Part shown: one piece after another, positions 1 through 8,612 of the stretch | Position numbering within the stretch: the stretch's first letter is position 1 | Layout: the number at the start of each line of letters is the position of its first letter | Source: Candidatus Methylomirabilis limnetica | GTDB lineage: Bacteria; Methylomirabilota; Methylomirabilia; Methylomirabilales; Methylomirabilaceae | Reading direction: 5' to 3' | Length of the DNA stretch: 32,000 nucleotides | NCBI RefSeq assembly: GCF_003044035.1 | Contig: NZ_NVQC01000008.1 | Span: 30,001 to 62,000 of the forward strand | Notes under the pieces: model-generated | What the model was told of the DNA's origin: nothing | Databases searched by the model: none | Seen by the model: only the letters and a program-made list of their open reading frames with translations | Program-made: the position numbers and the translations under genes

Positions 1-46
1 GACAGAGAAAGTACCAGGGTTGGAGGAGGGGTAAGTGAAAGCGGAA

Positions 47-961
47 TCAGAGATGAGGGGAAGCGTGCGGAGGGGCGGGGGCGCCGATGAATTTGAGAAA
101 GGCGTTGCAGATGGGTGAGCGTGAGCGGTGGCGGTGGGTGATGAGGTAGAACTCTCTGGTCAGCTTCAGGCCTGCGACGGGAATAGCGTTGAGTTCGTGG
201 TGCCTGATGTCGCTCGCGACCGCGAGCCTTGAGATAATAGCGATACCGCCGCCCGTTTTGACCGCTTGCCGGATCGCCTCGTTACTTCCCATCTCCCCGA
301 TCACCCTGAAGGCGCCCATCGATAGATTGTGCTGCTCCAGGGCCTGCTCCATAATCTTGCGCGTTCCAGAGCCTCGCTCCCGAATGAGAAATGGCTGGGT
401 CGGCAGCTCGCTTGCCTTAACGCTGCTCCGGGACGCCCAGGGGTGCGTGGGTGGTACGACTAAGACCATCTCGTCTTCGGCAAATTTCTGGTACTCAAGC
501 CTGCCATCGTCGAATTGTGCGCCAACGGCGCCGACCTCATACGCGCCGTCGATTACTGCCTCGATGATCTCTTTCGAGTCAGAGACCTTGAGGACGACAG
601 AGATGTCCGGGTACTGGGCTCTGAACCGTCCGATCAGGGGCGGCAGTAGATAGCCGCCAGGGATGCTGCTGGCGCCGAGCATCAGTTCTCCCTTCAGCCC
701 TCCCTTGAGCTCGTCGAGGGCCTGTTGGGCTTCCTGGCGGAGAGCCAGGATCCGCTTGGCATAGCGATACAGCAGGTTGCCAGCCTTTGTTGGGGTGGCC
801 CGGTGTCCGAGGCGATCTAGGAGCCGGACTCCCGCCTCTCCTTCCAGTTTCTTGATGTGGCCACTAACCGTGGGCTGGGTCAGGTAGGCCGCCTTGGCTG
901 CCTTCGAGAAGCTTCCTGTTTCGACGATTCCGCAGAACAGTTCGAGGACGTGGATATCCAT
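47..961 (-). CDS. LysR-family transcriptional regulator
   Basis: 304-aa ORF. The N-terminal winged-HTH signature (SFSKAAKAAYLTQPTVSGHIKKLE) is followed by a LysR-type substrate-binding domain of typical length. It starts 10 nt after the upstream glycosyltransferase stop. Confidence 0.9.
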   Translation of the reverse strand: MDIHVLELFCGIVETGSFSKAAKAAYLTQPTVSGHIKKLEGEAGVRLLDRLGHRATPTKAGNLLYRYAKRILALRQEAQQALDELKGGLKGELMLGASSIPGGYLLPPLIGRFRAQYPDISVVLKVSDSKEIIEAVIDGAYEVGAVGAQFDDGRLEYQKFAEDEMVLVVPPTHPWASRSSVKASELPTQPFLIRERGSGTRKIMEQALEQHNLSMGAFRVIGEMGSNEAIRQAVKTGGGIAIISRLAVASDIRHHELNAIPVAGLKLTREFYLITHRHRSRSPICNAFLKFIGAPAPPHASPHL

Positions 962-971
962 GATGGGTCTT

Positions 972-2018
972 CTACCTTCTGCGCGGGCAGGCGCCGATCG
1001 CCTCTTGATACAGTTGGAGATAGTTCTGAATCTCCCGTTCCCTGGAGAACTCTCGCTCGATCTTCTCCTTCCCGCTCTTCCCTAGCGCGTAGCGGAGGCG
1101 AGGTTCGCTGATCAACCGCTCAGCCTTGCGGGCGAACTCCGCCTCCGAATCGAAGAGCAGCCCATCGACCCCATCTTGCACTACCGATCGATTCCCCTCG
1201 ATGTCCCTTGCCAGGACGGCTCGCCCGCAACTCATCGCCTCCAGGATGCTATTGGCCATGCCGCCTTCGGATAGCGACGTATTGATCACCACATCTACGG
1301 ACGTAAGTATGGCGCAGACCTGCTCGTGAGGTACCGGCCCCAGGTAGAAGGCCCATGGATAGTCGCGCAGAAGTTCCTGCAATCTGACCCCTTCCGCCGC
1401 CTCAATGATCGGTCCAACGAAGACGGCCTTGACCTGGGGATACCGTATTCTGAGCGCGTCAAGTGGCTTCAGGCAGAAGGTGACATCTTTTATACGCCGG
1501 ATGCCTGAGGGGATGCAGAAGATCAGATCGTCCGGCTGAAGACCCAGGTGCTGTCGGAGATCGAATGGCGTCTCCTGGCAGCGAACCGTCTGGCCGATCA
1601 CTCGTATTCGGTGTTCTACCTCGGGCAGTTCTCCGACGAGCTTGACCCGCATAACGTCGTGAAAGACTACGATACGCGTTGCCCGTTGAAGAATATTCAT
1701 GACCCCTGTCCTCCGGTGAGGATCGAAGAGATCGGTGTTCACATCAGTTCCGGTGACGGTGAGGATCGAGGGGATGTCAAGCCGGAACGCGGCGTCCGTC
1801 ACGATCTGCCCCGAGGAGCTGACATGGAATCCATGGACCAGATCAGGTGTGAATTCTTCCAGTGCCTGCAGGATCTCGCCTGGCGAGATCTCATTCTCCA
1901 GGGACCAGACCCGGACGACCACACCCTGATCTCGCACCCCCGACTCGATACGCTGGACCGTGATCGAATTACCTCGGACGGAGGGGAAATAAAAGGGAGT
2001 GACAATGCCCAGTCGCAT
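972..2018 (-). CDS. Glycosyltransferase, GT4 family (GT-B fold)
   Basis: 348-aa ORF. The N-terminus reads MRLGIVTPFYFPSVRGNSITV. The C-terminal GT4 region reads NTSLSEGGMANSILEAMSCGRAVLARDIEGNRSVVQDGVDGLLF. It is tightly packed after asmA (stop 2027, start 2018). Confidence 0.8.
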   Translation of the reverse strand: MRLGIVTPFYFPSVRGNSITVQRIESGVRDQGVVVRVWSLENEISPGEILQALEEFTPDLVHGFHVSSSGQIVTDAAFRLDIPSILTVTGTDVNTDLFDPHRRTGVMNILQRATRIVVFHDVMRVKLVGELPEVEHRIRVIGQTVRCQETPFDLRQHLGLQPDDLIFCIPSGIRRIKDVTFCLKPLDALRIRYPQVKAVFVGPIIEAAEGVRLQELLRDYPWAFYLGPVPHEQVCAILTSVDVVINTSLSEGGMANSILEAMSCGRAVLARDIEGNRSVVQDGVDGLLFDSEAEFARKAERLISEPRLRYALGKSGKEKIEREFSREREIQNYLQLYQEAIGACPRRR

Positions 2019-2026
2019 CTGTCTCC

Positions 2027-4078
2027 TCAGCGGCTGAATAGTTGCTGCAGCACTTTCCCAAGGTCCTTATTCCGAGCGTCCCCCAGGAGTTTGCCGACGT
2101 CCGTTCTTATGCGCCCCTCGATGCGGCCCATTTGAGGGGTGACCACCAGATCAGGCGAGGTTCCCTGCACCTTGGCCTCGATCGTCGTTTTCGCCACCTT
2201 GGCTGTCACGTCGAAATCCAGGGCCTGGGTGAGCAGATTAACGCTCCCGACAGCAAAGAACTTGGCCCCATCCCGAAGTAGCGTCAGATCCCTGGTTCGT
2301 AGAGTTCCACCGTCGAGAGTCCAGTGGGCGCTTAGGAGATCGAACTCACTCAGAGCAGAAGAAGAGATGCCTGTTCCCTTCAGGAACGGATCGACAGTTT
2401 TGGAGAGCCGTTCCAGGGGTGCATAGCCGATGACGCGGCCGTTCGCCAGCGTGATGTCGGTTTGACCTGAGGCCCTGGCGAGCGCCCCAGGTCCGAGTTG
2501 CCCCGAGAGCTCTATCTTCGAGTTCAGCGTCATCCTCCCACGTAAGGTCCACTGCGGCTTCTGGATCGCATCCAGTAATGGTTCGATCTGGACCCCCTCC
2601 AGATGCGTGGTGACCCTTGTATGTGGTGCCCGCCCACTGAAGGAGAGCGCCGCGTCGCCTGACAGAGTGCCGCCATAGAAGCCGCCTTGGAGTCGACCGA
2701 TGGTGAGTAGTCCGCAACAATAGCGAAGGTCGCCTTCTGCGGTGGTCATGACCAGCTTCCCCCAACGCAGAATGCCGGAGCGTAGGTGCCCCTCCACCTG
2801 GAGTCCGGCGACTTCGGGGGAATACTGAGTGCGAAATCCCCCCACCCCCCCTTTATCAAAGGGGGGTACGGAGGGATTTGAAGCACGGGATGCGGGGCGC
2901 GGAGTGTCGGCAGAGCTGGAAGAATCCGTTCCGGCGCCTGCCGCGGTTACTATGGCCACAATTGGTTCGATGGAGAGGTTCGGTGTATCCAGCCAAAACT
3001 GGAGGCGGGGCGACTTCTGGATTGCGAGGTGGAGGCGGCCAGTAGTGACTTGGCCCTTCCAGAGCAGGTTGACCTGTGGAAGGTCAAGCCCATCGACCCC
3101 CCAGCGCCCCTTTACCCGCAGCCACGCCTTGTCCCCCGGTGCCTTACCGTTCTCTTCTCCGCCTGTCCCCGCATGCTTTAAGAGGGGAAGCGCCACACCG
3201 ATACGCTGCAGATTGGCTTCGGCCTGCAGATCGAGGACCGGCCACTCGCCAACAGCCTTCCCCTCAAGATCGAAGGTTCCGCTGAGCGCTGCGACGGATG
3301 GAGAGGAGCGTGGTAAGCCGAGTGACGAAGCCAGCTGTGCGGCCTCTATGCCTCGCGCGTGAAACTCCACCTCAATCGGATGGCGATCGCCTTCAAAGGG
3401 TTGTAAGCTTCCGGTCAGGTCAAACGAGCCGGATACGTTGCCAGGCAGGGGTCCGCTGGCATGGATACGGATGGGGCTGCGGGGAGCCGGCGCCGAGATG
3501 TCCAGGTTCACATCCTTAAGCTCCAGCCTGGCCGGTCCATGAGGGTAGAGAGGGCTCTCGAGAACGAGGGCTCCATGGCGAACGGCCAGTGCCCCTGCCA
3601 CCAAGATCGGCAGGGCAGGCTGTCCTCTGCCTACTCTCGCGCCTTCAGTGCGGCGCGGTTCGGCGGCTACCCCTCGCGCGGTTGGCCGAATCAAGTCATC
3701 GAGATTCCACCCCTCCGGCCCCCTGGCCAATCTGATGCGGGGCCGGTCAAGGCGGATGCTCCTGATCTGGATTTCGCCCTTGAGGAGCGGAAGCAGCTTG
3801 AGCGCGACATGAAGTTGCTCCGCGTCTAAGAACGGTTCAGACCGCGGGGCACGATCACCAATAATCAAGTCCCGGATAGTCACCCCGGGCGACGGCAGGA
3901 GGTGTACTCGCAAGCTGCCTGCGGTCACTGTGCGGTTCAGCAGTTGACTGGCTCGGCTGGTGAGGATTGCTCGGTACCGTTCCTGGTCCAGCAGAAGCGG
4001 GCCTGTGAGGACCGCCACGACGAGCCCGCCAAAGACCAGGAGCAACCCGAGGAGCCACCGCCGCCCTCTTCTTGTCAC
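2027..4078 (-). CDS. AsmA-family outer-membrane biogenesis/lipid-transport-like protein
   Basis: 683-aa ORF. The GTG start lies 1 nt after the gatB stop and is preceded by GGAGGGGA. It has a single N-terminal TM anchor (WLLGLLLVFGGLVVAVLTGPLLL) and a long beta-rich periplasmic body with AsmA-like N- and C-terminal regions. The family call comes from remembered sequence character, not a search. Confidence 0.7.
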   Translation of the reverse strand: MTRRGRRWLLGLLLVFGGLVVAVLTGPLLLDQERYRAILTSRASQLLNRTVTAGSLRVHLLPSPGVTIRDLIIGDRAPRSEPFLDAEQLHVALKLLPLLKGEIQIRSIRLDRPRIRLARGPEGWNLDDLIRPTARGVAAEPRRTEGARVGRGQPALPILVAGALAVRHGALVLESPLYPHGPARLELKDVNLDISAPAPRSPIRIHASGPLPGNVSGSFDLTGSLQPFEGDRHPIEVEFHARGIEAAQLASSLGLPRSSPSVAALSGTFDLEGKAVGEWPVLDLQAEANLQRIGVALPLLKHAGTGGEENGKAPGDKAWLRVKGRWGVDGLDLPQVNLLWKGQVTTGRLHLAIQKSPRLQFWLDTPNLSIEPIVAIVTAAGAGTDSSSSADTPRPASRASNPSVPPFDKGGVGGFRTQYSPEVAGLQVEGHLRSGILRWGKLVMTTAEGDLRYCCGLLTIGRLQGGFYGGTLSGDAALSFSGRAPHTRVTTHLEGVQIEPLLDAIQKPQWTLRGRMTLNSKIELSGQLGPGALARASGQTDITLANGRVIGYAPLERLSKTVDPFLKGTGISSSALSEFDLLSAHWTLDGGTLRTRDLTLLRDGAKFFAVGSVNLLTQALDFDVTAKVAKTTIEAKVQGTSPDLVVTPQMGRIEGRIRTDVGKLLGDARNKDLGKVLQQLFSR
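2834..2879. repeat. GC-rich palindromic repeat (PPFxKGGxGGF family), copy embedded in frame in asmA
   Basis: Nested inverted repeat aaatcccccc...ccccccttt atc aaagggggg...gagggattt. On the minus strand it translates as NPSVPPFDKGGVGGFR inside the AsmA ORF. Related copies lie at 21522-21609 and 28655-28700. Confidence 0.8.
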
Positions 4079-4079
4079 C

Positions 4080-5573
4080 TTACCCGTCCCCTCCAGGCTC
4101 CTCTCCCTTGAGTCGCGTGAGAAGTAGCTCGCCCACCACCCGTGGGTTGGCCTTGCCGCGACTGGACTTCATCACCATGCCAACCAGGAAGGTGAGGCTT
4201 TGTACCTTCCCTTTGCGATAGTCGGCGACCGGTCCAGGGTGTTTGGCAAGCACCTCCTCAACAATCTGGAGTAGCTCGTCCTGGTTCGAGATCTGGGTCA
4301 GTCCCTGCTCTTTGACGATCAGTTCAGCCGACTTCCCGGTTTGATACATTTGTTCGAAGACAGTCTTGGCAATCTTACCGCTGATCGTCCCACTAAGAAG
4401 CAATGTGAGGAGTGCGGTCAGTTCCGCCGGCGGGATCGGACTATCGATAATCCCACGGCCATCCTTGTTCAAGAGGCCTAAGAGTTCCACCATTACCCAG
4501 TTACTGGCGAGTTTTGGCTCGTGGGAGGCCTGTGCGACCTCCTCGTAGTAGTCGGCAAGTGGCCTGGAGACGGTCAGGACCGCGGCATCGTAGTCCGGGA
4601 TCCCGTACTCCCGGGCAAACCGATCGCGGCGCTGCTGCGGTAGTTCGGGTAGAGTCGCGCGGATCTCGTCGATCCACTGCGATGAGATGACAAGCGGGAC
4701 CAGGTCCGGCTCGAGAAAGTAGCGATAGTCATGAGCGTGTTCCTTGCTTCGCATCGGCAAGGTCAGCTCCTGGTCGGCGTCCCACAACCGTGTCTCCTGG
4801 ACGATCCTTCCTCCTTCTTCGAGGATCCGGGTCTGTCGCTGGATCTCATAGGCTAAGGCCTTCTGGACGCCCTTGAAGGAGTTCATGTTCTTGACCTCAG
4901 CCTTGACCCCCAGCTCCTCCCTCCCAGTCAGGCGCAGCGAGACGTTGGCGTCGCAGCGCAGGCTGCCTTCATCCATATTGCCGTCGCAGACCTCCAGGTA
5001 CACGAGGATAGCCCGGAGCTGCCGGAGATATTCTCCGGCCTGTTCCGGGCTGCGGATGTCGGGTTCGCTGACGATCTCCATCAACGGCACGCCGCTGCGG
5101 TTAAAGTCCACCAAGCTGGAGTCGGCGACCTGCAACGTACCAGCATGCAGCAGCTTGCCGACGTCCTCTTCGAGATGGAGACGATGTATTCGGATGGATG
5201 TCAGCACGCCGCCAACCGGGAATGCGACCGTCCCACGTTGGGCCAGCGGAAGTTCGTACTGAGAGATCTGGTAGTTCTTCGGCATGTCTGGGTAGAAGTA
5301 ATTCTTCCGGTGGAAGCGGGACGATGGAGCGATGTCGCACCCGAGGGCAAGCGCGCTCTTGATGGCGAACTCCACCACCCGTTTGTTCAGGACCGGCAAA
5401 GCGCCAGGCATCCCCAGGCAGACCGGACAGGTATGGCTATTTGGCGGGGCGCCAAAGGCGGTGCTGCAGCCGCAGAAAATCTTTGACTTAGTCAGGAGCT
5501 GGGCATGCACCTCCAGCCCGATGACCGCCTCATACCTAGTTTTGAGTTTTGAGTTTTGAGTTTCGAGTTCCAT
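4080..5573 (-). CDS. gatB: Asp-tRNA(Asn)/Glu-tRNA(Gln) amidotransferase subunit B
   Basis: 497-aa ORF with canonical GatB sequence ([28 protein letters not shown], and a C-terminal YqeY-like tail with ANP). ATG 5573 is the only in-frame start and has AAGGA 8 nt upstream. Confidence 0.95.
   Translation of the reverse strand: MELETQNSKLKTRYEAVIGLEVHAQLLTKSKIFCGCSTAFGAPPNSHTCPVCLGMPGALPVLNKRVVEFAIKSALALGCDIAPSSRFHRKNYFYPDMPKNYQISQYELPLAQRGTVAFPVGGVLTSIRIHRLHLEEDVGKLLHAGTLQVADSSLVDFNRSGVPLMEIVSEPDIRSPEQAGEYLRQLRAILVYLEVCDGNMDEGSLRCDANVSLRLTGREELGVKAEVKNMNSFKGVQKALAYEIQRQTRILEEGGRIVQETRLWDADQELTLPMRSKEHAHDYRYFLEPDLVPLVISSQWIDEIRATLPELPQQRRDRFAREYGIPDYDAAVLTVSRPLADYYEEVAQASHEPKLASNWVMVELLGLLNKDGRGIIDSPIPPAELTALLTLLLSGTISGKIAKTVFEQMYQTGKSAELIVKEQGLTQISNQDELLQIVEEVLAKHPGPVADYRKGKVQSLTFLVGMVMKSSRGKANPRVVGELLLTRLKGEEPGGDG
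5540..5567. repeat. Tandem heptanucleotide repeat (TTTTGAG x3 + TTTCGAG) inside codons 2-11 of gatB
   Basis: Read directly from the sequence: ttttgag ttttgag ttttgag tttcgag at 5540-5567. It encodes the non-conserved N-terminal extension [11 protein letters not shown]. Confidence 0.9.
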
Positions 5574-5594
5574 GTTTGGATTCCTTGTTACGTG

Positions 5595-5760
5595 GTAACT
5601 ACTCAGGTAGATAGACTGTAGGCTTTTAGACTGTAGGGACGCGCCCTGCGAGACAATACCAAGCTCAGAGCTTTTGAACTGGCCGACGAAGTGCCTTGAT
5701 TCGGTCCATGCGCAACGACTAACAGCCTTCAGCCTACAGCCTAAATACCTGAGTAGTTAC
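5595..5760 (+). mobile_element. MITE-like element derived from a four-helix-bundle (23S rRNA IVS protein) gene, copy A (166 bp)
   Basis: Perfect 15-bp terminal inverted repeats: GTAACTACTCAGGTA at 5595-5609 and TACCTGAGTAGTTAC at 5746-5760. These extend imperfectly to about 40 bp through GGCTGAAGG/GACTGTAGG-type subterminal repeats. The element is flanked by the direct repeat GTTACGTG (5587-5594 and 5761-5768). Positions 5643-5693 (+) encode [17 protein letters not shown], matching the two ends of the 62-aa ORF in copy B. Confidence 0.75.
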
Positions 5761-5761
5761 G

Positions 5762-6205
5762 TTACGTGAGAGGTCGGATTGACTCAAGAAAGTCAATGTA
5801 CACATCGGACAGCCCGTGTTCCTCGGCGCCGCTGATCAGCAACTGTTTATATCGTTTTGAGGGGGGTGTCTCGCGGTCCGGATTCCCCATGATGTAAGCA
5901 AACGCTGCGAGGGCCTTGCCCGAGTTGGTCCGTACCTGGATCTCCTTTCGGACATACAGACCGGGGTACCCTTCGTACTCATCCAACGCTTTTCGTTCCG
6001 CTTCACTAATCTCCCACACCACGCCTTCGACCTGTTTCCCTGGCTTCTCGCGGATGGTTGCTATCCCGCCACCCCACATCGGGGAGTTTCCGGAGAAGGT
6101 GAGATCATAGTCGGAGAGCACCGCCGAGGCTACAAACTTCGCCGTTGGGCAAAGCCGCTTGAGTTGGACCCGCTCCATGTTCGAGCCGTAGGCGAAGTAG
6201 AGCAT
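5762..6205 (-). CDS. Gamma-glutamylcyclotransferase (AIG2/GGCT-like) family protein
   Basis: The conserved domain begins at MLYFAYGSNM (ATG 6205), 2 nt after the upstream ORF stop, and includes EYEGYPGLY. The longer ORF-track start at 6346 would overlap the upstream gene and is Arg/Ser-rich. Confidence 0.8.
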   Translation of the reverse strand: MLYFAYGSNMERVQLKRLCPTAKFVASAVLSDYDLTFSGNSPMWGGGIATIREKPGKQVEGVVWEISEAERKALDEYEGYPGLYVRKEIQVRTNSGKALAAFAYIMGNPDRETPPSKRYKQLLISGAEEHGLSDVYIDFLESIRPLT

Positions 6206-6209
6206 CTGG

Positions 6210-6620
6210 CTAGCGGCTCCCAGAACGAGCCGGAACCCGCGTGTGCCAGATCGCGTGGGGCTCGAACTTCCATGAGGTTGCCGGACGGTGCTTCTCGGCG
6301 ATCTCGACCTCGAAGGATGCTTCCTGACCAGGATCGAGCGCCACAACTTTTGCCGCCTGCTGGCCCAACTCCTGCCGGGGGGCCGGCTTACTTTTTTGCG
6401 ACGGGGTCTGGCTCAGTGGTTGGCCAAAAAACCGGACGATGATGACGACATCTTCAGCCCGGGCGGCGCTGACGTTCTTGACCGTGCCCTTGAGGGTGTC
6501 GATCCAACGCTCCGAGTTCAAAACCACCAAGTCCTTATTCGCGGCCGAGGCTAGGGATGGTAGTAGGCTGAGCGCCAAGGTAAGCGCCATGGCGAGTCGT
6601 CTCACCGCTGATGCCACCAT
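6210..6620 (-). CDS. Hypothetical exported protein (signal peptide)
   Basis: ATG 6620 lies 1 nt after the gatA stop. The N-terminus MVASAVRRLAMALTLALSLLPSLASA-ANK looks like a Sec signal peptide. It is tightly packed between gatA and the GGCT gene. No family was recognised. Confidence 0.55.
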   Translation of the reverse strand: MVASAVRRLAMALTLALSLLPSLASAANKDLVVLNSERWIDTLKGTVKNVSAARAEDVVIIVRFFGQPLSQTPSQKSKPAPRQELGQQAAKVVALDPGQEASFEVEIAEKHRPATSWKFEPHAIWHTRVPARSGSR

Positions 6621-6621
6621 C

Positions 6622-8082
6622 TTACAATGGGGGTTTGCGGCGGTGCCAGTCGGTTGCCTGCTCATAGGCGTGCGCCACCTTCAGGATTGTCGCCTCGTCG
6701 AAGGGCTTGCCGATAAGCTGAAGCCCGATTGGCAGCCCGGCCTTGGTAAACCCGCATGGGATCGAGATGCCAGGCAGGCCTGCCAGGTTGACCGAGATCG
6801 TGAAGATATCCGAGAGGTACATCTGGAGCGGATCCTCGGTTTTCTCGCCAAACTTGAACGGCGGCGTCGGAGAGGTAGGGGTCGCGATCACGTCGCACTG
6901 CTCGAAGGCCCGCTCAAAGTCCCGCCGAATCAGCGTTCGGACCTTCTGGGCTTTAAGGTAATAGGCATCGTAGTAGCCGGCCGACAGCGCATAGGTTCCG
7001 AGCATGATCCGGCGCTTGACCTCCGGCCCAAAGCCCTCCCGACGGCTCCTCTGGTACATCTCCAGCAAGTCGGTCGGCCGCGTGGTCCTGTACCCGTATC
7101 TGACCCCGTCGTAGCGGCCCAGGTTGCTGCTGGCCTCAGCGGTCGCCACGATGTAGTAGGTCGCGATGGCATACGGCGTGTGAGGGAGTAAGACCTTTTC
7201 CTGCGTGGCCCCCAGATCCTTCAGCGTCCGGATTGCGGTCCAGATAGCCGCCTCGACCTCAGGGTCCATCCCCTCAATAAAATAGTCGTCGGGAATACCG
7301 ATGCGCACCCCTCGAACGTCTCCGGTGAGTGCGGACGAATAGTCTGGGACGGGAAGATTCGCCGAGGTCGAATCGCAGGGATCGTGTCCGGCGATCGCGT
7401 GCAGCAACATAGCGCAATCGTGAATATCCTTAGCAAAGGGTCCGATCTGGTCGAGTGATGAGGCGAAGGCCACCAGGCCGTATCGGGAGACCCGGCCATA
7501 GGTCGGCTTGAGACCCGCAATGCCGCAGAAACTCGCCGGCTGCCGGATCGAGCCACCGGTGTCGCTGCCGAGCGCGGCGGCGCACAGATCGGCCGCCACC
7601 GCGGCGGCAGAGCCGCCCGATGAACCACCGGGAACATGGTCGAGCGCCCAGGGATTCCGTGTCCGGAAGAATGACGAGTTCTCCGTCGAGGAGCCCATGG
7701 CGAACTCGTCCATGTTCGTCTTCCCCAGCAGGACTGCCTCTTGCGCTTTGAGGCGCCGGATGACCGTCGCATCGTACGGTGGCTCGTAGGATTCCAGCAT
7801 CTTCGATGCACAGGTGGTCCGTACCCCTTTCGTGCAGATGACATCTTTAATCGCCAGCGGGATGCCGGCCAACGGGGGGAGAGGAGTGCCCACGGCGAGC
7901 AGCCGATCGACGGTCCCGGCTTGCTCGAGGGCTCTTTCCTCAGTCAGGGTCGTGTACGCCGCGACCTGTCCATCGAGTCGCGTGATCCGATCGAGTACCG
8001 AGCGGACAAGCTCGGTTGCGCTCACTTCGCGCGTAGCGAGCATGGCCTGCATCTCGTGGATGGTAAGTTGAGTGAGGTCCAC
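6622..8082 (-). CDS. gatA: Asp-tRNA(Asn)/Glu-tRNA(Gln) amidotransferase subunit A
   Basis: Amidase signature ([23 protein letters not shown]). I place the start at GTG 8082, which has GGAGGAG 7 nt upstream and lies 4 nt after the gatC stop. This gives about 486 aa, typical for GatA. The ORF-track start at 8184 would overlap gatC by about 100 nt. Confidence 0.93.
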   Translation of the reverse strand: MDLTQLTIHEMQAMLATREVSATELVRSVLDRITRLDGQVAAYTTLTEERALEQAGTVDRLLAVGTPLPPLAGIPLAIKDVICTKGVRTTCASKMLESYEPPYDATVIRRLKAQEAVLLGKTNMDEFAMGSSTENSSFFRTRNPWALDHVPGGSSGGSAAAVAADLCAAALGSDTGGSIRQPASFCGIAGLKPTYGRVSRYGLVAFASSLDQIGPFAKDIHDCAMLLHAIAGHDPCDSTSANLPVPDYSSALTGDVRGVRIGIPDDYFIEGMDPEVEAAIWTAIRTLKDLGATQEKVLLPHTPYAIATYYIVATAEASSNLGRYDGVRYGYRTTRPTDLLEMYQRSRREGFGPEVKRRIMLGTYALSAGYYDAYYLKAQKVRTLIRRDFERAFEQCDVIATPTSPTPPFKFGEKTEDPLQMYLSDIFTISVNLAGLPGISIPCGFTKAGLPIGLQLIGKPFDEATILKVAHAYEQATDWHRRKPPL

Positions 8083-8086
8083 GGCG

Positions 8087-8377
8087 TTACTCCTCCAGGA
8101 TTCTCGGGACTCGGAAGAAGAGCTCATGTCGGTCGGGCGCATTGACCAGGACCTCTTCCTGAGCGAGCGAAGGCGTGACCTCATCCTCGCGAAAGACGTT
8201 GGTCATCGGCAGAACGTGAGAGGTCGGCTCGACAGCAGACGTGTCTAGCTCATTCAGCTTGTCGATGTAGATCAGGATCGAGTCTAGCTGAGCCTGCATC
8301 CGCTCCTTCTCCTCCGCGGTGAGCTCCAAACGGGCCAGCCTGGCCGCATGCTCGACCTCCTTCAGCGTGATCTTCAT
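8087..8377 (-). CDS. gatC: Asp-tRNA(Asn)/Glu-tRNA(Gln) amidotransferase subunit C
   Basis: 96-aa ORF with typical GatC sequence ([39 protein letters not shown]) directly upstream of gatA. Confidence 0.92.
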   Translation of the reverse strand: MKITLKEVEHAARLARLELTAEEKERMQAQLDSILIYIDKLNELDTSAVEPTSHVLPMTNVFREDEVTPSLAQEEVLVNAPDRHELFFRVPRILEE

Positions 8378-8562
8378 AGTACGTAACTACTCAGGTGTTT
8401 AGGCTGAAGGCTGAAGGCTGAAGGCTCTGAATTATCTCGCAAGGCATGAATCAAGCCGTTCAAGGCCTTCTCGGTTTCTATGACTTCCTGTTCAACCCGA
8501 TAAACCAATATTGCTACTTCATCAGCCAACTCAAATGCCCGAAGTTTTGTGTGATCACACAT
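8374..8562 (-). pseudogene. Internally deleted four-helix-bundle protein (23S rRNA intervening-sequence protein family) remnant, 62-aa ORF
   Basis: The N-terminal part ([19 protein letters not shown]) and C-terminal part (EKALNGLIHALRDN) resemble the first and last helices of the roughly 120-aa four-helix-bundle family, while the middle is missing. The ORF runs out through the terminal repeat. It has its own SD (tAGGGGtaatcATG), and its TGA overlaps the gatC ATG (ATGA). Confidence 0.6.
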
Positions 8563-8612
8563 GATTACCCCTAACAGCCTTCAGCCTTCAGTCTATCTAC
8601 CTGAGTAGTTAC
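8383..8612 (-). mobile_element. MITE-like element derived from a four-helix-bundle (23S rRNA IVS protein) gene, copy B (230 bp)
   Basis: TIRs are GTAACTACTCAGGTG at 8383-8397 and TACCTGAGTAGTTAC at 8598-8612. The inverted repeat extends to about 38 bp with 4 mismatches through GGCTGAA heptamer repeats. It is flanked by the direct repeat CATAGTAC (8375-8382 and 8613-8620), which contains the gatC start codon. Its orientation is opposite to copy A. Confidence 0.8.

Noticed and set aside
6206-6346. Long N-terminal extensions offered by the ORF track for several genes: GGCT to 6346, gatA to 8184, GldG-like to 25947, DUF4340 to 24181, ABC ATPase to 27427, higB to 28749, wrbA to 27870, XRE to 27478, vapB to 30930, and the decahaem to 12061.
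   Set aside because: Each extension overlaps the upstream gene or lacks an SD. An internal start with a good SD sits where the conserved domain begins and gives tight, non-overlapping packing.
8401-8428. GGCTGAA heptamer repeats, the 9-mer array at 18667-18710 and the gatB heptamers, considered as a possible CRISPR or minisatellite locus.
   Set aside because: The units are 7-9 nt with no spacers and only 3-5 copies, which is not CRISPR architecture. They are treated instead as subterminal element repeats or short tandem repeats.
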